A program made the translations under genes and the position numbers. Source: Candidatus Saccharimonadota bacterium (GTDB lineage Bacteria; Patescibacteriota; Microgenomatia; UBA1406; GWC2-37-13). Taken from it: DNA of 32,000 nt. This document shows positions 25,893-32,000 of the stretch, one piece after another (position 1 is the stretch's first letter; each line of letters opens with the position of its first letter). The stretch spans positions 1,170,001 through 1,202,000 of the forward strand of contig MGBH01000001.1 of NCBI GenBank assembly GCA_001790095.1, in the 5' to 3' direction. Under the pieces are notes generated by a model, which made no database searches, was not told the origin of the DNA, and worked only from the letters and a program-made list of their open reading frames with translations.

Positions 25893-25943
25893 AAACAATT
25901 GGTAATTGTTTTCTATTATACTCCCTATTATCTAGTCATTCAA
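25893..25943 (-). promoter_or_regulatory. Candidate sigma-70 promoter of rny with a palindrome at the predicted start site
   Basis: Read on the minus strand: TTGAAT (complement of 25938-25943), a 17-nt spacer, then TATAAT (complement of 25915-25920). An inverted repeat AAACAATT-ggt-AATTGTTT at 25893-25911 spans the predicted +1. Confidence 0.45.
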
Positions 25944-25956
25944 TTGTTTTTTTTGA

Positions 25957-26433
25957 TTAAACTGTAAATACTGTCTGATACGCTTTTTTGGCAATATCGT
26001 ATGAGAAGCCTCTTCTTAACAAAAATGATACCGCTTTTTTAAAACGGGTTTTTGAATCAAGAGCAGCATATGTATTGATTCTACGACGAAGTACATCTTC
26101 TGCAAGGGTAAGATCCTCTGTTTGAGAGGTCGAAAAATATTCCTCAATAAGATCTTTTGCTATGCCAAGTTTTGCAAGTTCGTATCTCAAAAGAAATATA
26201 CCCTTTGGTTTTAATAGGATACGGTTTTCTACATACAATTCAACAAATTTTTTATCGTTGATAAATCCCTGTTCTTTTAGCGTTTCGATGGTCGTTTTTA
26301 TGACGACCTCGCTAAAGTGAAAACGTATAGATTTTTTTTCTAAATAACGAACAATTTCTTGTTCGGTACGGGGACGAAATTTGAGATAAAAATAGGCAAG
26401 ACTCAAAGCTTTAGAAATCTGTTGTTGGTTCAT
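25957..26433 (-). CDS. recX: Recombination regulator RecX
   Basis: 158 aa, made of three helical repeats. [16 protein letters not shown]...[20 protein letters not shown]...[15 protein letters not shown] is typical of RecX. It overlaps the recA stop by 4 nt. Confidence 0.85.
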   Translation of the reverse strand: MNQQQISKALSLAYFYLKFRPRTEQEIVRYLEKKSIRFHFSEVVIKTTIETLKEQGFINDKKFVELYVENRILLKPKGIFLLRYELAKLGIAKDLIEEYFSTSQTEDLTLAEDVLRRRINTYAALDSKTRFKKAVSFLLRRGFSYDIAKKAYQTVFTV

Positions 26434-27452
26434 TTCTTTACCGCGGTTTTTTCATGCACTGCTTTTGTGATATGATTTTTCAGTTTTTCATCAGATAAGA
26501 GTGTTTCTTTTACCTGTTCTTTACCCTGTCCAAGCATGCGGTCTTCAAAACGAATAAATGATCCACTTTTTGTAAGGACGCCGCTTGCGATAGCCGCATC
26601 GATTATTCCTTCTAATTTGTCAATTCCATCTCCGGTTATAGTAAACTCAGCGTCGCGAAATGGAGGAGCTATTTTATTTTTGACGATCTTTACCCGAACG
26701 CGTGTACCGTAGGGGATGTTGTTTTTTTTGAGTGTTTCAATTTTGCGGACATCCATTCGTACCGATGCATAGAATTTAAGAGCAAGTCCTCCTGAGGTTG
26801 TCTCAGGGTTGCCAAACATAATACCGATTTTCAGTCGAAGCTGATTGGTAAAAATGATGGTAGTTTTTGATTTAGAGACAATACCTGTTAATTTTCGAAG
26901 AGCTTGCGACATCAGTCTAGCTTGTAAACCCATTTGGGCATCTCCCATCTCTCCCTCGATTTCAGCTTGTGGGACAAGGGCGGCGACTGAGTCTACAATG
27001 AGCAAATCTATTCCTCCTGAACGAATGAGTTGTTCAGTGATTTGAAGAGCCTGTTCACCCGTATCAGGCTGTGCAACAAGGAGATTCTCGACCTTTACTC
27101 CGATTTTACGTGCCCAAGCAGGATCAAGCGCGTGTTCGGCGTCAATGAACGCAACTACTCCATCATTTTTTTGTACTTCAGCAATAAGAGATAGACAAAG
27201 AGTTGTTTTTCCTGACGACTCTGGTCCGTAGATCTCAATTATTCTTCCCTTCGGAATACCTCCGACACCAAGGGCAATATCAAGTGGTAAAATACCTGTC
27301 TTGATGACATCTATCGCGACTATGGGGTGATCTCCCAGACGCATGATTGCTCCTTTTCCGAACTGTCTTTGTATTTGGTCAATCGCAAGATTAATTGCTT
27401 CGGTTTTTGGATTTTTTATATCTTTTGAATCGGTTTTTATATCTTTGCTCAT
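26430..27452 (-). CDS. recA: Recombinase RecA
   Basis: Walker [31 protein letters not shown]2 loop region [26 protein letters not shown], containing the NQ(I/L)R signature. I prefer the ATG at 27452 (MSKDIK...). The track ORF begins at a GTG at 27479. Confidence 0.95.
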   Translation of the reverse strand: MSKDIKTDSKDIKNPKTEAINLAIDQIQRQFGKGAIMRLGDHPIVAIDVIKTGILPLDIALGVGGIPKGRIIEIYGPESSGKTTLCLSLIAEVQKNDGVVAFIDAEHALDPAWARKIGVKVENLLVAQPDTGEQALQITEQLIRSGGIDLLIVDSVAALVPQAEIEGEMGDAQMGLQARLMSQALRKLTGIVSKSKTTIIFTNQLRLKIGIMFGNPETTSGGLALKFYASVRMDVRKIETLKKNNIPYGTRVRVKIVKNKIAPPFRDAEFTITGDGIDKLEGIIDAAIASGVLTKSGSFIRFEDRMLGQGKEQVKETLLSDEKLKNHITKAVHEKTAVKK

Positions 27453-27521
27453 ATAAAGTGATAATGAATTAATACCCACATTGTACTAGGTACTAAAGTA
27501 ATGTCAATTGAAATATATACA

Positions 27522-29054
27522 TTAAAATTCTAACTCTTCTTTTATCCTATATTGTAATGCCTCCGCTATATGAGTTTGCTCGATGCTTTCTTGTTGAGCA
27601 AGATCTGATATGGTTTGGGCAACTTTTATTATTTTAAAATATGACCTTGCAGATAAACATAGTTTAGATATAGCCTGTTTCAATAATTGAGTTGCTTCGT
27701 CTGTTAAGACACATAATTTTTTTATATCTCTTGGAGTCATCTCCCCATTCATCTTTATGCGTGGTGTTTGTAAAAACCGTTTTTTTTGCTGGAGGCGAGC
27801 TCTAAGTACACGATTTCGTATCGTCTCGCTTGACTCTCCGTTGATTTGAGACATGAGTTTTTCCTGTGACACAGGGGGAATATCTATATGGAGATCAATG
27901 CGGTCAAGAAGGGGGCCTGATAATTTTTTTTTGTATTTTAACACCGATCCAGGCATGCAACGACATTTTTTTGTCGGGTGTCCAAGGTATCCGCATTGAC
28001 AAGGATTTGATGCAGCAAGAAGAAGAAATCGGCAAGGAAAAGTGAGGTTGCCTATTGCTCGCGATATTGAAATAGATCCATCCTCGAGCGGTTGTCGAAG
28101 TGACTCAAGCACTGATCTTGGGAATTCAGGAAATTCATCCAAAAAAAGAACTCCTCGGTGGGCAAGCGAGATTTCTCCTGGTCTTGGATTTGTTCCTCCT
28201 CCTATAAGCCCGATACGTGATGTTGTGTGGTGTGGACTCCTGAAGGGTCTTTGAACTATGAATCCGTGATTGCTTACAAGCCCAACGGCTGAGTACATCT
28301 TTGAGACATCCAGTATCTCATCTTTATCCATAGGAGGAAGGATCGATGGGAATGCGCGAGAAAGCATAGTTTTACCGGCTCCGGGTACTCCTTTTAAATG
28401 GAGGTTGTGGAATCCAGCCGCAGCAATTTCAAGAACACGCTTAGCTTGATTTTGTCCTTTTATCTCTTCAAAATCAAACTCCCACATGGTTTGACACGTA
28501 AACGATTCAAGATCAACGTGAGGATGGGGGAGTATTGGTTTCTCCCCGCTTATATGCAGAACCAAATCTTCAATGTTTTTGAGCGGGAATACCGTAAGAT
28601 TATCCATAATTGCGGCTTCTTTTGCATTTAGTGCGGGTACAAAAAGATGAGTGATCCCTTGCTTTTGTGCCATTGCAGCAATAGATATGATTCCAGATAC
28701 TTCTCTTATTTTTCCTTCAAGAGATAGTTCGCCGATAAAAAGGGAATCTTTCAGAATATCTTTTTTAATCATACCCGATGCTGCTAATATGCCTACTGCG
28801 ATTGGTAAGTCAAAACTCGCCCCTTCTTTTGGTATATCTGCTGGAGCCAAATTCACCGTAATACGTGAATCTGGCATCTCAAAGGAGGTATTAATTATTG
28901 CGGTTCTCACCCGGTCTTTTGCTTCTTCTACGGCTTTATTTGGAAGACCGACCAAATTAAAAGTTGGGAATCCGCGGGAAGCTACGTCAACCTCAACTTC
29001 AATCAATACACCATCGAGTCCAATCGTAGTCCCTGACAATATTTTTGCGAGCAT
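27522..29054 (-). CDS. comM: YifB/ComM family Mg-chelatase-like AAA+ ATPase
   Basis: N-terminal Lon-protease-like domain (GLPNKAVEEAKDRVR...). Walker A GVPGAGKTM. Walker B VLFLDEFPEF. Zn-ribbon-like insertion NPCQCGYLGHPTKKCRC. Length is 510 aa. Confidence 0.9.
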   Translation of the reverse strand: MLAKILSGTTIGLDGVLIEVEVDVASRGFPTFNLVGLPNKAVEEAKDRVRTAIINTSFEMPDSRITVNLAPADIPKEGASFDLPIAVGILAASGMIKKDILKDSLFIGELSLEGKIREVSGIISIAAMAQKQGITHLFVPALNAKEAAIMDNLTVFPLKNIEDLVLHISGEKPILPHPHVDLESFTCQTMWEFDFEEIKGQNQAKRVLEIAAAGFHNLHLKGVPGAGKTMLSRAFPSILPPMDKDEILDVSKMYSAVGLVSNHGFIVQRPFRSPHHTTSRIGLIGGGTNPRPGEISLAHRGVLFLDEFPEFPRSVLESLRQPLEDGSISISRAIGNLTFPCRFLLLAASNPCQCGYLGHPTKKCRCMPGSVLKYKKKLSGPLLDRIDLHIDIPPVSQEKLMSQINGESSETIRNRVLRARLQQKKRFLQTPRIKMNGEMTPRDIKKLCVLTDEATQLLKQAISKLCLSARSYFKIIKVAQTISDLAQQESIEQTHIAEALQYRIKEELEF

Positions 29055-29163
29055 GCTTCTTCACTATATGTAAGTTTTCTCTTCAACACCATCGCATATA
29101 TGCTACAAAAAAAGTAATTGGATTGTTATGAAAAAATAAACCAGCATATAGTACAATTAATAA

Positions 29164-30906
29164 ATGAAGTTTGTTGAATTGGCTGCTTATTTTGAAAAGA
29201 TTGAACATGTCTCTTCGCGTTTGACTATTACCTCTCTTCTTGCCGAACTTTTTAATAAACTGTCTCCTGAAGAACTGGAGAAGACTGTGTATTTATTACA
29301 AGGAAAGGTGGTGCCTTCCTTCCAAAAAATTGAGTTTGGAATGGCAGAAAAAACGGTTATTAAGGCGATAGTTTTAGCTCTCAACATCGATAAATCTTAT
29401 TTTGAGAAAGAATCAAAAAAAATGGGTGATTTAGGAAAAGCGGTTGAGTTCTTTAAAAAACAATTTATTTCATTCGAAGAAAAAGCTCTTACTATTCTTG
29501 ATACACACAAAGAGCTGTATAAAATCGCTGTGGCAGGTGGAGACAAATCACAGGAGTATAAAATAAACTCTCTCTCTTTCCTTATTCGTCAACTTGATCC
29601 ATTATCAACAAGATATTTAGTGAGGATTCCGCTTGCTTTGATGCGGTTAGGTTTTTCAGATATGACTGTTCTTGATGCATATTCTTGGATGATTGGGGGT
29701 GATAAGACTTTAAGACCTTTGATAGAACATGCATATCACGTGAGGCCTGATTTAGGATATATAGGGCGAATTTTAAAAGAAAAAGGCATTAAAGAAATGC
29801 AAAAAATTCAACCTGTCATATGTACTCCGATTATTATGATGAGGGCTGAGCGGTTATCATCAGGTAAGGAGATCATTGACCAGATTGGAGAGTGTGCTAT
29901 CGAACCAAAATATGATGGTTTCAGACTCCAAATCCACTATAAAAAAGAAAACAATAAAGCGGAGGTGAGGCTTTTTTCAAGAAGTCTAGAAGATGTAACC
30001 TATATGTATCCGGATGTCATTGAAGGGGTAAAAAAACAGATTATTGCAAAAGAAATAATATTTGAGGGGGAGGCTATTGGATTTGATCCGACAACCGGAA
30101 GTTTTTTACCTTTTCAAGAGACAGTACAACGGAAACGAAAATATGACATCATACAAAAAGCAAAAGAAATACCGCTAAAACTTTTTTCATTTGATCTGCT
30201 TTACCTTAACGGTATAAATTATATTCATGAACCATTTGTTGAAAGAAGAAAGCAGCTGGAAACAGTTATTCAGGCAAAAGGAGACGTCTTAAAAGACATC
30301 GTTGTTCTTGCGCCACACATTCTGATGAAAGACCCTGTAAAAATAGAAAAGAACTTCGATACGGCAATTGCACAAGGACTTGAGGGGATAATCGCCAAAA
30401 AATTAAATGGCACATATCAACCAGGAGCCCGTGGTTGGAATTGGATCAAATTTAAACGTAGTTATTCTTCCAAAATCAATGATACAATCGATTGTTTAGT
30501 CATGGGATATGATTTTGGAAAAGGAAAAAGAACAGATTTTGGTATTGGGGCATTTTTGGTTGGGATATTTGACAAGAGGCAAGAAAAATATGCTACTGTT
30601 GCCAAGATAGGAACAGGTTTAACTGATGAAGAATGGAGAACACTAGAATTAAGAAGTAAGAAATTGGAATCAAAGATAAAACCAGACAATTATTATGTAG
30701 ATAAACAGATGGTATGTGATGTATGGATAAGTCCGTCTATCGTCGTTGAGATACGCGCCGATGAAATAACGAAATCACCAGTTCATACGGCAGGTTTAGC
30801 CTTAAGATTTCCGCGACTTGAACGGTTTCGTGATGATAAAAGAGAGACTGATACTACTACTTTATCAGAACTGAAGAAGATGCTTATTGAGCAAGAAAAG
30901 GTGTGA
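29164..30906 (+). CDS. lig: ATP-dependent DNA ligase, three-domain archaeal/eukaryotic Lig1-like type
   Basis: Motif I EPKYDGFRLQIH (KxDG). Motif III FEGEAIG. Motif IV FSFDLLYLNG. Motif V EGIIAKK. Motif VI LRFPRLERFRDDK. An N-terminal DNA-binding domain of about 230 aa precedes the adenylation domain. Confidence 0.9.
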   Translation: MKFVELAAYFEKIEHVSSRLTITSLLAELFNKLSPEELEKTVYLLQGKVVPSFQKIEFGMAEKTVIKAIVLALNIDKSYFEKESKKMGDLGKAVEFFKKQFISFEEKALTILDTHKELYKIAVAGGDKSQEYKINSLSFLIRQLDPLSTRYLVRIPLALMRLGFSDMTVLDAYSWMIGGDKTLRPLIEHAYHVRPDLGYIGRILKEKGIKEMQKIQPVICTPIIMMRAERLSSGKEIIDQIGECAIEPKYDGFRLQIHYKKENNKAEVRLFSRSLEDVTYMYPDVIEGVKKQIIAKEIIFEGEAIGFDPTTGSFLPFQETVQRKRKYDIIQKAKEIPLKLFSFDLLYLNGINYIHEPFVERRKQLETVIQAKGDVLKDIVVLAPHILMKDPVKIEKNFDTAIAQGLEGIIAKKLNGTYQPGARGWNWIKFKRSYSSKINDTIDCLVMGYDFGKGKRTDFGIGAFLVGIFDKRQEKYATVAKIGTGLTDEEWRTLELRSKKLESKIKPDNYYVDKQMVCDVWISPSIVVEIRADEITKSPVHTAGLALRFPRLERFRDDKRETDTTTLSELKKMLIEQEKV

Positions 30907-31594
30907 TGATATCTTTTTTGTGCCTTGCTAGCGTTTTGATAAAACGTAGCGGATATTCACCAAAAAAAGACATAGGATTTTTTCTTATCCGACGTCCTGA
31001 GACTTGGACAATAAGTTCATCATCTCTCATGATGTGTCCCCCTAGATCGTTGATATGGATTGCTAAATCAATATCTTCGTGTACTTTTTTGTTATCAAGA
31101 CACACATAGGGTTTTACTTTCTTCCACATTTTTTTAGTTATGGCCATATTGGGTCCAACAAGGACTTCATTACCGTTTAGAATTGGTTTAAATATGTCAA
31201 GATATGCTGTGGTAAAAAAAGTTGTTTTGAGTTTTAAATCATAAAAAATAAATGGACCAGTGAGAGCGTCTATTTCGTTTTCTTCAAAATCGTGTTTTAT
31301 CCTATCAATCCAATGAGGCATTAAGTGCACATCAGCATCACAACGAGCTATAATATCACCCTTAGCTTCATCAAAACCCCTATTCCGAGCCTGTATCATG
31401 CCTTGTTTTTTTTCTTGAACAATTCGCACAGGGAACTGTTTGGCGATGGAGATTGTTTTATCTGATGAATTGTTATCGACAATGATGATTTCATCAGGTT
31501 TACGTGTCTGGGTGACAGTGCTTATAAGACAGTTTTTTATGTACCGCTCTTCGTTATATGTAGGTATAATAAGCGATATTTTCACATTTTTCAT
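30884..31594 (-). CDS. Family 2 glycosyltransferase
   Basis: ISLIIPTYNEERYIKNCL...IIIVDNNSSDKT...ARNRGFDEAKGDIIARCDADV is a GT-A fold with DxD-type signatures. It overlaps the ligase 3' end by 23 nt (convergent). Confidence 0.8.
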   Translation of the reverse strand: MKNVKISLIIPTYNEERYIKNCLISTVTQTRKPDEIIIVDNNSSDKTISIAKQFPVRIVQEKKQGMIQARNRGFDEAKGDIIARCDADVHLMPHWIDRIKHDFEENEIDALTGPFIFYDLKLKTTFFTTAYLDIFKPILNGNEVLVGPNMAITKKMWKKVKPYVCLDNKKVHEDIDLAIHINDLGGHIMRDDELIVQVSGRRIRKNPMSFFGEYPLRFIKTLARHKKDIITPFLAQ

Positions 31595-31634
31595 ACTTAT
31601 ATTTTATCAGATGGTATAATCATAGGTACCGTAT

Positions 31635-32000
31635 ATGAAGCCATTTTTCTCAGTGGTGATACCAACATTAAATGAAGAGAGATTTCTTCCCATCATTCTT
31701 TCCCGTCTTGTCCGACAAAAGGCACATAACTTTGAGGTTATTGTCATTGACGGTACTTCAGAAGACAAAACAAAGCAGATTGCTCATCAATTCTCAGGCG
31801 TTTTGCCCTTGAGGTTTTATGAAGTAAAGAAGAGAAATGTTTCCTTTCAGAGGAACTTTGGTAGTCAAAAGGCAAAAGGACAGTATATTATCTTTCTTGA
31901 TGCAGATGCTCAGATATCGATTACATTCACGCAAAAACTAATTTCTTATATCTCTCACACGAAGGGTTTGGTATTTATTCCTGCCATTTCACCGGTTGAG
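31635..32000 (+). CDS. Family 2 glycosyltransferase. Partial: it runs off the window, and it is not in the ORF track.
   Basis: Hand translation from the ATG at 31635 gives MKPFFSVVIPTLNEERFLPIILSRLVRQKAHNFEVIVIDGTSEDKT...QRNFGSQKAKGQYIIFLDADAQ. It is open for 122 codons to the window end. It is divergent from the other GT2 gene. Confidence 0.75.
   Translation, partial: MKPFFSVVIPTLNEERFLPIILSRLVRQKAHNFEVIVIDGTSEDKTKQIAHQFSGVLPLRFYEVKKRNVSFQRNFGSQKAKGQYIIFLDADAQISITFTQKLISYISHTKGLVFIPAISPVE

Noticed and set aside
29094-29103. The 10-bp perfect palindrome GCATATATGC in the comM/ligase divergent spacer. I considered a LexA/SOS-type operator.
   Set aside because: It does not resemble known LexA boxes (CTGT-N8-ACAG or CGAAC-N4-GTTCG). 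No similar site precedes recA. An AT-core 10-mer palindrome is weak evidence on its own.
1-32000. I looked for CRISPR arrays, tRNA/rRNA/tmRNA/RNase P genes, IS elements, integrases, prophage genes, toxin-antitoxin pairs, recognisable defence systems and TGA recoding.
   Set aside because: No direct-repeat/spacer arrays are present. Only two non-coding gaps exceed about 110 nt, and neither shows tRNA-like or other known RNA motifs. No transposase, integrase or phage-like ORFs are present. All conserved genes read through with the standard code without in-frame TGA.

Overview
This is an AT-rich window (roughly mid-30s % GC by eye) that is very tightly packed with genes. Many neighbouring genes overlap by 1-23 nt. 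I saw no rRNA, tRNA, CRISPR array, transposase or integrase. Long uninterrupted ORFs indicate the standard bacterial genetic code. The gene content suggests a small-genome, Patescibacteria/CPR-like bacterium, but that is an inference, not a database result. The supporting traits are paired TrbC/VirB2-like mini-pilins, a ClpB without its N-domain, an RNase Y without its membrane anchor, an archaeal/eukaryotic-type ATP-dependent DNA ligase, and extreme gene packing.

Layout:
- 1-2258: a divergent pair made of a DUF4340-like membrane protein (edge-truncated, absent from the ORF track) and an ECF sigma factor followed by two membrane proteins.
- 2299-9432: an eight-gene, translationally coupled isoprenoid operon, ispH-dxr-ispD-ispF-ispE-ispG plus mevalonate kinase and a diphosphomevalonate-decarboxylase homologue.
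- 9433-10094: two tandem pilin-like genes.
- 10169-11945: uppS and a Fic protein.
- 17499-11947, minus strand: a run of trmD, Fe/Mn-SOD, a Cys-rich secreted protein, and a GldA/F/G-like ABC system.
- 17544-23732: yidD, clpB, two membrane proteins, dprA and rpiB.
- 23824-29054, minus strand: HU, RNase Y, recX, recA and comM.
- 29164-32000: the ATP-dependent DNA ligase and two GT2 glycosyltransferases.

The most unusual signal is the hybrid MEP/mevalonate operon. Its MVD-family member appears to carry Asn where classical enzymes carry the catalytic Asp.
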